This document shows, piece after piece, positions 22,896 through 34,987 of a DNA stretch of 64,000 bases (position 1 is the first letter of the stretch; each line of letters starts with the position of its first letter). Source of the DNA: Schmidtea polychroa (lineage: Eukaryota); contig CM097888.1 in NCBI GenBank assembly GCA_044892525.1, forward strand, positions 12,028,001 to 12,092,000. The letters are read 5' to 3'. Under the pieces are notes generated by a model. It was not told the origin of the DNA. It was given only the letters and a program-made list of their open reading frames with translations, and made no database searches. The translations under genes and the position numbers were made by a program.

Positions 22896-23816
22896 ATGAC
22901 GGCATCTTATTATCAACCTTCAGTTTCATATTTTGTTAATCAAAGTCGTGATGTGTGGGACCCAGAGGCATCATCACAATTAAATATTTCTTCTTCATCT
23001 GCCATAAGGATAAAAAATGATTTAAGCAACATATATAAGTATTTTCAATGTAATTTGTTTAATTTAGAATATATTTTAAGAGATCCTGTTCCTGGAATTT
23101 TTGTCCTACCAGATAATAGAAATTTATCATGGATACATGCATTGGTTACTGGTCCATTTGAAACTCCTTATGAAGGTGGATTTTTTTACTTTCTAATAGG
23201 ATGTACTGCCGATTATCCACTGAAACCACCTAAAGTTAAATTAAAGACAACTGGTTTTGGTACAGTTCGTTTTAATCCTAATTTTTATAAAAATGGAAAG
23301 GTACATGATTTATTAATTTAAATTTAACTATTTTTTAAGGTATGTTTAAGTATTCTTGGTACATGGTCTGGTCCAGAATGGACTCCTGCTCAAAATTTAT
23401 CTTCTGTTTTGATATCAATCCAATCATTATTGAATGATAAACCATATTTTAATGAACCTGGTTATAGCCAAGAATCTCGCCCAGGTGATAGTGACAGGTA
23501 TAATAATATAATACAACACGAAACAATAAGATGTGCAGTTTGTGAAGTTATGGAAGAGAAAATGCAATTGCCAGATGATTTTAAAGCTATTGTGGAATCA
23601 ACTTTTCCTGATTATTATGATTATTATGTGAGTGTGTGTAATAAAAAGTTAGTATATGATGGGCAAGTAATGGAAGATCCATTCGGTGAAAAACGAGGAA
23701 TATTTCGATTTAAAGAATTACTTAAGTGTTTGGAATCTCTAAAACTTAAATACGACAAAAAATATTCTAAATTAAATATTAATGTCACTGATAAATCTTG
23801 TAGTGATGACTTATAA
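22896..23816 (+). CDS. UBE2Z: Ubiquitin-conjugating enzyme E2 Z (279 aa, 3 exons)
   Basis: Exons 22896-23038, 23081-23300 and 23340-23816, with introns of 42 and 39 nt. Spliced protein has [102 protein letters not shown], all UBE2Z hallmarks, including the catalytic Cys. Confidence 0.95.
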
Positions 23817-24686
23817 ATGTTTACAATTAATTATTTTTATATTAATTAAAATTATTAAAATTTGGTTGTTCATATAATTATAAAAATTTGTTTTTAATAT
23901 TTAAATCTCTTGGTATTGTTATAACATTTTATTGAAAATTTATCGGTATTTTCATATTTAAAATTTGTTGAGCAGTTTAATTGATTAGAACCTGTCAGTT
24001 TAAAAGTGCAACCATTTTCTGAGAACATGTAGGTATGATCTAATAGTATTTCGAGTTGAACTAAATAATTTCTAGAGGCCAAGGCATGAGAGTGGGTTTG
24101 GTGTCCGGAAGGGGATTACATATGCTATTACATCTAATATTCAGAAACAATCTGATGTAATAGTAGTCTTCAAGGTTGCCCCTATTATCAAATTTGTTCC
24201 TTATATTAATGCAGTTGGCTTCGGTAATATAACCTCCTTCGTCTTGACTGTTTTCTAAGTTGGTTTTAACACGCCCATTTTATTCACTATGATATGTAGT
24301 TCATTTATTAATTTCTTTTCGAAACAGTTGGGTCGTACTGAAAACAAAATCGCAGAAATGTCCAAGGGGAACACCGAGGTAATCCGTTGTCAGTTGATCA
24401 CATGATTATTGAAAGCTAACCCTCTATATACCCATGGTGACCAACTATGTTCGCACTAAAAAATCAAATTTTTTTCAATTCACACTGGCCGAAGGGGAGA
24501 TCGATTCTCGCACTTATGTAATCTATAGCTTTTATTCTTCTAACTTCGAATGCTAGAGTTAAAAACTCCCGCATTAAAAGGCATTGGAAGGTCTCATTCT
24601 TTTATTTATTTGGCGTTAATTGGTTACTCAACTTTATAAACGAGTAGTCGAGTTCATCATTCGATCAGCAGTTTTATTATTATTTT

Positions 24687-25674
24687 TGTTGAGGTCTGTA
24701 AATTTAAATTTAAATGAAATTTAGGATAATAATTCAAATAGAAAGTAAGCGAAGGAAAAAGACAAATAAAAGCAGGATCGTGCACAGAATCAATAGTAAA
24801 GGAAAGTGTGATGGAAACAGTATTAGAAAATGCCAAAAGCAATTACGAAAGGCAAGAATCCGGAAATCCGAGAAAAATCAATAAAATGAAAAATCATCGA
24901 AATCGAATTGGAAAAACGGGACAGGTATAGATTAGCTAATGGTCAACAAGATGATGATTAGGGATTTATCAGAAAATGGTTAGGAAGGGTCGAAAAACAT
25001 TCAAATGTATGAAAACAGAAAACGTTAATTAATTAATTAATTGGCTAATGGAAAACCCGAGCTGGGTAAACAAGAAGAAAAGCAAACAGAAGGGAGATTT
25101 GGGCCCATTAGCTTGACACAATGATTAATGGGAAAAGAGCAAGGAGAAGATAGCACGCGTAGGAAGACCGGAAGGGCCATTAATTATCTGGATTCGTTGG
25201 ACTATTATGGGTGACAGCCGAAGCAAATGTCAAATGAAAGATTGGCTCGGCAATAACCATTTGTCATCCTGATTTCGAGGAGTATATAAGAAAAGGGAAA
25301 ATCAGAGAAAATCCGCATTTTGCCTCAGCTAGGGTTCGAAGAATCAGAGCGTAAGAAAAGTTGTTAAACGAATTAGGGAAAGTAGGGAAAAGAAAAAATA
25401 GAATTAAGAATACGGAAAGGTGAAAAGGAATCAAACCAAACAGAAACCGAGGAAAACGAGAGTCAAGAGAATCTAAAGGACTAAAAGGTGAATATTATTT
25501 GTTTGCAAAGCATCAACGCCGAGCGGAGAATCGTATAAAACTTTGATTAGTAATTGTAGCATGGTGATAAATTGTGAACCTGTTGTTTCAATATACGTTG
25601 GGTCGTTCATTGTTTTGATTTAAAGAACACTGGGAGTCAGAGAGAACCGACTTAAAGGAATCCAAAACCCAACA
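24687..25674 (+). mobile_element. Solo LTR (988 bp)
   Basis: TGTTG...CAACA termini, flanked by TTTT on both sides (low-complexity 4-bp TSD). TATATAAG at about 25284. The 3' part (TTGGGTCGTT..GAGTCAGA..ACCCAACA) is shared with 43290-44125. Orientation is inferred. Confidence 0.7.
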
Positions 25675-25989
25675 TTTTGATCATCTAGAAGGGTAGTAAA
25701 TTGATGTAGGAAGACTCCATTTGTGAATTTTTATAACGATTATAAATTAATACTTATTATAGTATGTATTAGAAGGATTATTTCAGGATTAATTTAGTGT
25801 TATAAATATAAAGATCCATATAAAGATAGGAACAACTAAAAAGTATTATCAAAAATAGGCGGAATCCCTACAAGGATTCCTACATTAACCTATTGATAAT
25901 TGAGAAGAAAAGAAAAGGTTTAGTTACATCTCTTTTCTTCTTTCTGTTGTGGTTTATAAGTATATTATTCGTGGAATGGGTAGGTGAGG

Positions 25990-27040
25990 TGAGGTATGAT
26001 AAGGTAGTTTCAGTTCAGGTATCTGTTCAATACTTTTAAAATTCTTATTGCTAATCATATATAATATTATAATATTTTTTCGCTCTAAATAATCGCTATC
26101 AAGTGCTTCGACAATTTAATCTGATAAATATTGGTCGTAGGTTACTTTCATTAAATTTTGTTTAGTAAGGATTATTTCAAAGTAGAAATTCGCATATTCT
26201 TTTGTCTCTTGAGATTCATCGGTTATTTTTCTTATGTTGTTAATAATAGATTTTTTATACTTCCTTAGATTATTGACAGCATATTTCTTATAATGCTGAA
26301 ACGATCGTATTGTTTATAGATATTTTGTTCAAATTCTTCGGGTAGGTAATTGGTGGGTATTTGGTCTGATATATTTTTTTTAGTACATACGCCTTCGAAG
26401 AAGGCATTCTTATTCATCTTTTTACTTTCTACGCTGATCTCATACTTTTCATCAGACTTCTCACAGTCTGTATCATAGTCTGTAGGTCTATCAAATGTGG
26501 ATTCATCCCATATAAAATCTTCTTCCATATTTACGCTGATCTTAATTTCTTCATCAGACGTCTCATATTCATTATTGGGAGGAGTATGTCTATCAAGTAC
26601 CGATTCAACATAATTAAATTCATCGGATATTTCGTCATAACTTTTTTCCACAGTATTATTTTCAAATTTTTCACAATTATTTTCAGAGTTTATGTTTTCT
26701 TCAGGACTTGGTCCATCATCATTATTCACTTCAGGTTCATCAATAAGTGTATTTTAAAAACGCATATTTTTTAATTTTTCTCTTTACGTTCAAAAATTTC
26801 TAAATCTGTTAAAGGTTTTTTTCGAATTGGTATAGTATAGTATAGTGGTCTAGGTAAGTTTATATAGATAGTGTTTTTAGGTTCGAAAATTTTGACGGTT
26901 GGGATTGGTTCATATTTTCGGGGTTTAGGACAATTATTTGTGTTATCACACTTATTAGATTGGTACTTAGTTTTAATATCTGTAGTCATTGGTTTAAAAA
27001 GGGTTTTCCTAAGTTTTTCTTGTTTGTATTTTAAAATGAA
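25990..27040 (-). pseudogene. Intronless acidic low-complexity ORF broken by single-base homopolymer indels; function unknown
   Basis: Track ORFs 26771-27220 and 26265-26729 join by removing one A at about 26775 (RKEKIKKYAFLKTLIDEPEVNNDD). The frame continues with one added T near 26300 (RFQHYKKYAVNNLRKYKKSII..). The 5' side abuts the gypsy fragment at 27071. Confidence 0.35.
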
Positions 27041-27353
27041 AAAGAACTCATTAATAATATTATAATTAAATGATAGATCAAAATGGTATAATGATAGTAG
27101 AATCAACAGGAACGATATCGCATTGAAAATTGAAAGTAAAAGACAAAATGAGGAAACAACAACTGCAAGGAGGTTGGATATTGGAGACAAAGTGTTAATC
27201 AAACGAGAAATACGAAACAAGGATCAAGATAGATATGAAGGACCATACACGGTAACAAAACGAATACACGATCGCAGTTATATGCTGAGAGATAAAAGTG
27301 GGAAGTCTTTAATCAGGAATATTGAAAAGATTAAAGAATTTAAAGAAGGGGGA

Positions 27354-27691
27354 TGAAAGGGTAGAATTCACGTTTAAGTTAAAACTGGATACTGCTAATA
27401 AACATTTAAATTGTATATATCAGATTACATAAATTTTTATATAAATATTTAAATTAATAAATTAAAGTAAGTTTAAAATATAAAAATAAATAAAAATATA
27501 TTAAATATTAAAATAAATTAAACCAGCATTGAAATCAGCATCAAAATTAAAATAATAAAAAAGCCTCGAACAGATTGTTTGAATATTACAAAAAAGCGCA
27601 GTTTTGTGAATAAAATAAATTTAGTAATTTTATTTGTTTAATTTATTAATTATGGAGATTGAGAATGAATTCGACGTTGTTGCGGCTAACA
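27354..27691 (+). repeat. 5' LTR of gypsy B
   Basis: 338-bp direct repeat of 32111-32448. Confidence 0.95.
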
Positions 27692-28731
27692 TGGCGACCA
27701 CGCCAACAAACCTATTGATTAGCAGGTTGCTACCAGAAAGATTCCACAGAGACGACGACCTGGAAGAATTCATCAAAGAATGCCAAAATTTTTTTAATAT
27801 TACGAAAACATCTGTCAAGATGCAGATGATTCTGGTTACCACACTGTTGGAGAAACCATTATACGATGAATATGAAAAAGCAGAAGGAAAAACATTTGAA
27901 GAGAAGCTCAGATCGGCATTTTCGAGGCCAAAATCATTATTCGAAGACTTAAAGGAAGCTCTAAATTATGACCAAGGATCCGATTCAGCAGACCACTTTA
28001 TCGAAAAAGTAGAGAAATTAACCAAAAGATTACTGCGACATGAGTGGAACGAAGAAGAAATTAAAAAGTGCCTACTCATGAATGGGGCTCGAGAGAAAAA
28101 AGTTAAAAAGGAAATAGAAATGCAAGAACTAAAGACGTCAGAAGAAATTAAAAGCACAATTAAAAAAGTTGAGAAAGTGAATAAAGCTATAAACCATGTT
28201 AACTCCATCCGACCTATAACATATATGAAACCCGTCAAAACCTACAGAGATGCCGTTCAAAGACCCGCACAGACAAATACAATGCCAATGTCAAAACCAT
28301 TGAAAGCGACTAAGAACGTCGTATGCTGGACATGCCAAAAAGCAGGTCATTTAAGCCGAGAATGTACTATGAAGAGGAGGATTCAGTGTTTTGGATGTGG
28401 AGTATATGGACACGTACGCCGAGAATGTCCAAACATTCAGTGTAGGAGATGTCATCTACAAGGTCACAAAGAAACTGAATGCTATACAAACCTAGAAAGA
28501 TTTAAGCCGAAAATGAATCATTACGGAAGAAATAATGCAGCACACCGAAATAAAGGGGGCCGATTTCAACAGAACAATCAGTATAATAGAAGAGAGGTAG
28601 CAGCAATTGGAAATCAAGATGCAAACTATCAACTGAATTATTCAAGTGAAGCCGAAGAGAAATACGACGAAATGCAATACCCAAACGAGGAAGCTCCATC
28701 ACAGGAGGCGATGATAGGAGCCATTTATTAG
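27652..28731 (+). CDS. gag: Gag of gypsy B with three CCHC zinc knuckles
   Basis: Open ORF from the ATG at 27652 (inside the LTR). Knuckles CWTCQKAGHLSREC, CFGCGVYGHVRREC and CRRCHLQGHKETEC. Confidence 0.9.
   Translation: MEIENEFDVVAANMATTPTNLLISRLLPERFHRDDDLEEFIKECQNFFNITKTSVKMQMILVTTLLEKPLYDEYEKAEGKTFEEKLRSAFSRPKSLFEDLKEALNYDQGSDSADHFIEKVEKLTKRLLRHEWNEEEIKKCLLMNGAREKKVKKEIEMQELKTSEEIKSTIKKVEKVNKAINHVNSIRPITYMKPVKTYRDAVQRPAQTNTMPMSKPLKATKNVVCWTCQKAGHLSRECTMKRRIQCFGCGVYGHVRRECPNIQCRRCHLQGHKETECYTNLERFKPKMNHYGRNNAAHRNKGGRFQQNNQYNRREVAAIGNQDANYQLNYSSEAEEKYDEMQYPNEEAPSQEAMIGAIY
27692..27704 (+). promoter_or_regulatory. Primer-binding site, probably tRNA-Arg(UCG)
   Basis: TGGCGACCACG is complementary to the ...CGUGGUCG-CCA 3' end seen in animal tRNA-Arg(UCG). 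An identical 13-mer follows the LTR of gypsy C. Confidence 0.7.
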
Positions 28732-31700
28732 GTAATTTTGATTTTGATGAAAATGCTGGTTATAATAATGTAAATAATTTTTATAATGTAAATAATTTGA
28801 ATAATGTAAATAATTTGATTAGTGTAGATAATTTTAATATTTTTAGTAAAGATTTATGTAATAATATGGATGATAGGACTAATTTTAATGTTTATAAAAG
28901 TAGCAGTATAGATCATAGAAATGAAAACAACAAAATAATGTGTAGCGATGAAAGAACAGGAGAAAAGTATATAGTTTCCTAAAAAAGTCATTTGATATGA
29001 ATGAAGATAAGATTGAGTGGATTAATGAAATTTCCAATAGTATAAAGAACAAAGTGGAGCAAAATATATTTACGAAAGACGAATGGAAAGGACCTCGTAT
29101 GACTTATCATAAAATGCAAGGTAGACCAAGTATAACACTTGAAATTCAGTGGCGCGGAATTGAGTGTCTGTTAGATACAGGAGCACGAGTTAATGTAATG
29201 TCTAAAGCAGTACTGGATAAATTGGACAAAGTCGAGATAATAAAAAACAGATGAAATGCTAAGGTGTGCAAATGACAGTAAATTGGAGACTATAGGAAAA
29301 GTTCAAATTGAGGTAAAGATAGGGAAGCTAACAAAAATAGTGACCTTTACCGTCGTACAAAACATTGTCCCAGATGTTATTGGGGGTATAGAATTACAGA
29401 AACAATTCGGTATTGAATTAAGATGGATTCAAGAAGGTGAAATGATATCTAACGAACGTATATGTGAAATTGATGATAAATTTGGGAGGAATATTACAAA
29501 TGAAGAAAGATTCCAACATGCGATAGAGAAGTTGAAAGTAAAAGAAGATAAATTGCTTGTAGAAATTATCAAGAGAAATAAATGTGTTTTCATGGCTGAC
29601 AAGTGGGATGTTGGATGCACTGATTTAATTCAACATAAAATTGAAACAAATGGCGGACCAATAATGATAAAGCCCAGAAGACAGCCTATAAACTTGGAAG
29701 AGAAAATAAACATGGCCATTAAAAATCTGGAGGATAATAATATTATAAGGAAGTGTAATTCACCTTGGAATACCCCTTTAGTGTGCGTTTGGAAAAAGGA
29801 AAAGAAGGATATCAGACTCTGTTTGGACTTTAGACAACTTAACAAAATTACTGAAAGACAAGCGTTCCCGATGCCTAACGTTGACGAGATCTTAGATGCT
29901 TTGCATGGTACTAGATATTTTAGTTCTATTGACCTTGGAAACGCATACTATCAGGTGAAGTTGGATAGAGATTCACAGGAGAAAACAGCTTTTTCAACGA
30001 AAGAGGGACAATTCTGTTTCAACCGAATGCCGTTTGGCATCGCGGCAGCACCAGGAACCTTTCAAGAGCTCATGACGAAGATATTAAAGGATTTATGGAA
30101 AGACGGGGTAATGGTTTATCTGGACGATATATTAATTTTTACTAACACAATGGAAGAACACTATAAACTGCTGGAAAGAGTATTGCAGAAAATCGCAGAA
30201 GCTAAACTAAGAATTAATCCTGAAAAATGTCAAATACTGAAAAGCGAAGTGAAATTCTTAGGCCATATTATAAATAGAGACGGCATCCAAACGGATCAGA
30301 GCAAAATTGAAGCTATTCAATCATTTCAAAGGCCGAAATGTGTGAAAAATTTAAGGAGTTTCTTGGGTATTTGCAACTATTATCGAAAATTTATTAAAGA
30401 ATACGCAAAGAAGGCAAGAGCTTTAGAAAGTATATGTGGTAAAAATAGCGACAAAATAATATGGAATGAAAATTGTGAGCAGGCTTTTGAGAATATGAAG
30501 TTGGCATTAATAACCGCACCGATTTTGGTATTTCCTGATTTTAAGAAAGAATTCATACTGGATACGGATGCAAGTTTCGATACAATCGGCGCAGTCTTAT
30601 CACAGAAGAATGACATGGGATATGAGCAAGTTATCGCTTATGGCTCACATGCGATGAATGACCACGAAAGAGGCTATTGTATTACAAGAAAGGAACTCCT
30701 GGCTATATATTATTTTTGTCGGCATTTCAATCACTATTTATATGGAAAAAGATTTACACTACGTACAGATCATAAAGCAATAACATTTATGCTAACCACG
30801 AAGAAGCCAATTACAGCTCAATTCCAGACCTGGATAAACTATTTAAGTAGCCTTGATATAAAAATGGAATTTAGAAAGGGTACACTACATACTAACGCAG
30901 ACATGTTATCGAGGAAAACGTGTGGCACATGTGTACAATGTCTTATGGAACACGATAATCCTAAAATGGGAAGAATGAAAACCAGAATGTCAAATATAAT
31001 GACTGAAGACAAAGGAGAGAAATGGCAAATGAATAGTGATGAAATAGAGGAGATTAAAAATAAAATAAGAACGCAAAAGAGTGGAAGGTTTATAATAGAG
31101 GATAATATTATTTATACCAAAGATAAAAGAATATGGATACCAGAGAGCAAAATAAGAGAAATGATTAACAAAACACATCTATTACTGTGCCATGCTGGAG
31201 TTGACAAAGTTATCAAATACATACAAAACAATTTTGATATGAGAGATCTAATAAAGGAAGTAAAAACGACAATATCAAATTGCGAATCGTGTCAAAAAGT
31301 TAAAGTTGTAACTACAAAGACGAAAGAGAAACCAAAAGTACTTGAAGCATCCGAACCTTCGAGAAAATATATATGGACATATGTGGCCCAATGAAAGAAA
31401 CATTTAACAGGAAAAGATACATTTGCGCAATAATCGACCATTACAGCAAATACATCTCGTTAACAGCTATAAATAAACAGGATGAAGAGACAATTGGGAA
31501 GATATTGTTAAACAACTGGATTCTAAAATTTGGGGCACCCAAAGAACTACATGTAGATTGCGGGAAAACATTCGAAGCTAATAGCATAAAGAATATAAGC
31601 AAAAATGCAGGGTTCGAGATAGTGTATTCGAGTCCATATCATCATAATACGAATGGTATAATCGAAAGACAATTCCGGACAATAAGAGATTTTATTAATG

Positions 31701-32113
31701 CATCGCTGAAAGACGGAAATACAAAAGACTGGGCAGACCTTATCCCAGATATAGAATATACACTCAACGTAACCATTCAAAAAACAACGGGAGTAAGCCC
31801 AGCTGAAATTATTTTTGGTAGGAAAATTGATAGATCAAAATGGTATAATGATAGTAGAATCAACAGGAACGATATCGCATTGAAAATTGAAAGTAAAAGA
31901 CAAAATGAGGAAACAACAACTGCAAGGAGGTTGGATATTGGAGACAAAGTGTTAATCAAACGAGAAATACGAAACAAGGATCAAGATAGATATGAAGGAC
32001 CATACACGGTAACAAAACGAATACACGATCGCAGTTATATGCTGAGAGATAAAAGTGGGAAGTCTTTAATCAGGAATATTGAAAAGATTAAAGAATTTAA
32101 AGAAGGGGGATGA
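28680..32113 (+). pseudogene. pol: Pol of gypsy B (protease, RT, RNase H, integrase), reached by -1 frameshift; three 1-nt indels
   Basis: Motifs LLDTGARVNVM, YLDDIL, LDTDASF..AYGS..ELLAI..TDH, HLLLCH..CESC, DICGP and DCGKTFE..SSPYHHNTNGIIER. Frame breaks at about 28980, 29250 and 31370, each in a homopolymer. Confidence 0.92.
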
Positions 32114-32448
32114 AAGGGTAGAATTCACGTTTAAGTTAAAACTGGATACTGCTAATAAACATTTAAATTGTATATATCAGATTACATAAATTTTTATATA
32201 AATATTTAAATTAATAAATTAAAGTAAGTTTAAAATATAAAAATAAATAAAAATATATTAAATATTAAAATAAATTAAACCAGCATTGAAATCAGCATCA
32301 AAATTAAAATAATAAAAAAGCCTCGAACAGATTGTTTGAATATTACAAAAAAGCGCAGTTTTGTGAATAAAATAAATTTAGTAATTTTATTTGTTTAATT
32401 TATTAATTATGGAGATTGAGAATGAATTCGATGTTGTTGCGGCTAACA
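32111..32448 (+). repeat. 3' LTR of gypsy B
   Basis: Begins with the TGA stop of integrase, directly after the PPT. Confidence 0.95.
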
Positions 32449-33238
32449 ATATTTATTATTATTTTTCAGGTTTTTATGGATGTCAATAAATAACTTTTTG
32501 CTTAAATTATAGAGGTTGTAGAGGTTAATAGGGATTTTTGATTTGAAAGTTGTTAGAAAAGGTGGTGGGTGAGGTGGTTTCGTCGGATTAAGTATATTAA
32601 TAAGTTGAAGATATTTTAGATTCATGTCATCAAATAGCGTTTCAAAAATATTCATAAGGACATTTGGATGGTTATTTAATTTTTTAAAAATATTCTCAAT
32701 TTCAAAAAAAAATACATTTCTTATATGGTTAAGGTTAGAGATATAGTTATTACTATCATTAATATTGGTCGGTGTGACAATTGCCGTAAGTCGGCTGGAG
32801 GCCGACGAGCTGCGTATATTATTTTCGTCCTCCGCAAGGAGATCTATAATTTGGTGAATGTCGTAATAAGATTAAATATCAGGTCACTCACGACACAACC
32901 CTTAGTTACTATACTTATTTTTGGACTAAAACTGATTTTTGAATATAACATCAAGACGAGTTAAACTCAAACATCAATTAAACAAATAAATAGAATTCAC
33001 TCAACCCCAAAAATGGTTTCAAGGTCTGAATATACAACATTAGGTGTTCATTGCACTTAAGTCCAGTGGGCCGTGTTTTATGAACAATTTTCATTTTTTT
33101 CTGTAATGTAATGGACATATAGCGCATGAAAACTACATATATAAAATCAACATCCAACTACTGATTTCTGTTTTATGGTATAGGACACAAAGAGCTTGTT
33201 CTCCTAATGTCCAGTGGGCTATGTGTAACGAGCATTTA

Positions 33239-34370
33239 CAGGGTTTTGCATTTATATAATCACATGTTTGCATTTCTATAATCACATAAAAAATTTTGTC
33301 CTAAAAATAATTAATGGTAAGAAAGATGCGTGGAAAAATAACACAAGCAGTCATAGACATTGTTTTATCGATGACAAATAGAAACGAAACCATCAAAAAA
33401 ATATCCGAAACTGTTAATCTTCATAGAAGAACAGTTGGAGAAATTTTAAAAAAAATAAGAGAGTGGATCGTCCTTTACTTTTGCAACGGAAAAGTATAAG
33501 GAAATATGCAGAAGAAAAAGAGAATCTTTTACTGCCACAGAACAGGTAATATTCAATTCTATAGCTTGTGACAGCTCCTTAATTATTGATGAAATAAAGC
33601 AAAAAGTGTCTGAACAATTGGACGTTGATATTTCTAGTTCTACAATTTCAAGAAAAATGAAACAGATGAATATTACAAGAAAAAGGCTTGTTTTAGTGCC
33701 CAGAAAACGAACTACAACGGCGAGACTTGATGAATGAACAATATATGCTGCAGATATTAGTCGATTTTCAGATGAAAACCTTGTATTTCTTGATGAAACT
33801 TGATTTAACCAACATACTCATCAAAAATATGGCTAACACTGGTCAGCAAATACTGGAATTAACCTAAGTTTAATGTGTGTTATTAGTTTAAGGGGTTTAA
33901 TCGCATCAGAGTACAGGACAGGCTCATTTAATTCAAATTCATTCAATTCATAGAGAAAGAGCTATTTCCATATTTTAGACTAAATGCGAGAAAGATACTT
34001 ATAATGGATAATGCCAGAATCCACAAAACAGCTGAAGTATAGAGAACTTTAAGAGCAAATGGAATAGATTTCAAATTTTTAACTCCTAATTTGCCAGAAC
34101 TAAATCCGATTGAAGAGTTTTTCTATGATAAATGCAAGATATTATTCCGTTAAGAATAATAATCCCGAGATCTCTCTTGAACAATGTATTTCTCAGATTT
34201 CATGTCCTGATAATGATTATTCAATTCAATGTCAAGGATTTTACCGAAATATGAGAAGATGGCTTGATAAAGCAAGAATGAAAGAGATGTTTATCTGAAT
34301 AAATAATTTATTGAAATTTCTTTATTTTTTTGGGTTATTTTTTTTGTGATTATAGAAATGCAAAACCCTG
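33239..34370 (+). mobile_element. Tc1/IS630-family DD34E transposon relic
   Basis: ~26-bp TIRs CAGGGTTTTGCATTT(A/C)TATAATCACA, preceded by TA at 33237-38. Fragments: HTH (ISETVNLHRRTVGEIL), LVFLDET*FN, ILIMDNARIHK, then 34 residues to NPIE. Multiple stops and frameshifts. Confidence 0.85.
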
Positions 34371-34825
34371 CAAACTATTCTAGACTCAAATTTCTAACAG
34401 AACACAAAAGAAACATCATATGATACCAATCATATAAGTAGAAGTCATAGGTCAGACCATCAAGTTAAATGAATTGTTGGGCTAGAAAGAGTAAAACGTC
34501 TTTTTAATCAAACTTTCGAATTTTATTTTTAAGCTTAGAATCTTATATATTTCTTAGTTAGGGATTTTAGCATTGGGAAATCAATCAAAATATAAGAATG
34601 ATAAACTTTAGATTAAAAAATAATAATTAAAAGAAAATAAAATAAGGAAACTAATAAATAATAAAAATAAATAAAATTAGGAAAAGACGCAAAAATATAA
34701 GGTATCAATCAGGAGTAAGTCAGATAAAATAAATTAAGGAAAATAAAATCAAATAATTAAATTAACAAAAATAAAATAATTAAAATAATATAAAATGATG
34801 ATTGCTTGGTAGCAGCATTTATTAT

Positions 34826-34987
34826 TTAAAACAATAAAATGATAATTTAAGCCTTTTGCTGCAAATAATGTATTTAATGAAAGAATTTTCGACTATACTA
34901 TCGTATGGACTATCGTATAATCGAAAATTCTTTCATTAAATACATTATTTGCAGCAAAAGGCTTAAATTATCATTTTATTGTTTTAA
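34826..34987. repeat. Perfect inverted repeat (67-bp arms, 28-bp spacer)
   Basis: 34826-34892 is the exact reverse complement of 34921-34987. The spacer holds two ACTATCGTAT copies. Confidence 0.9.

Larger units (their letters stand above)
27354..32448 (+). mobile_element. Full-length Ty3/gypsy LTR retrotransposon B (338-bp LTRs), preceded by an extra copy of its pol 3' end (27071-27353)
   Basis: LTRs at 27354-27691 and 32111-32448 (TG..CA, one visible mismatch). PBS TGGCGACCACGCC at 27692; PPT AAAGAAGGGGGA at 32099-32110; gag then PR-RT-RH-IN order. Confidence 0.95.
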
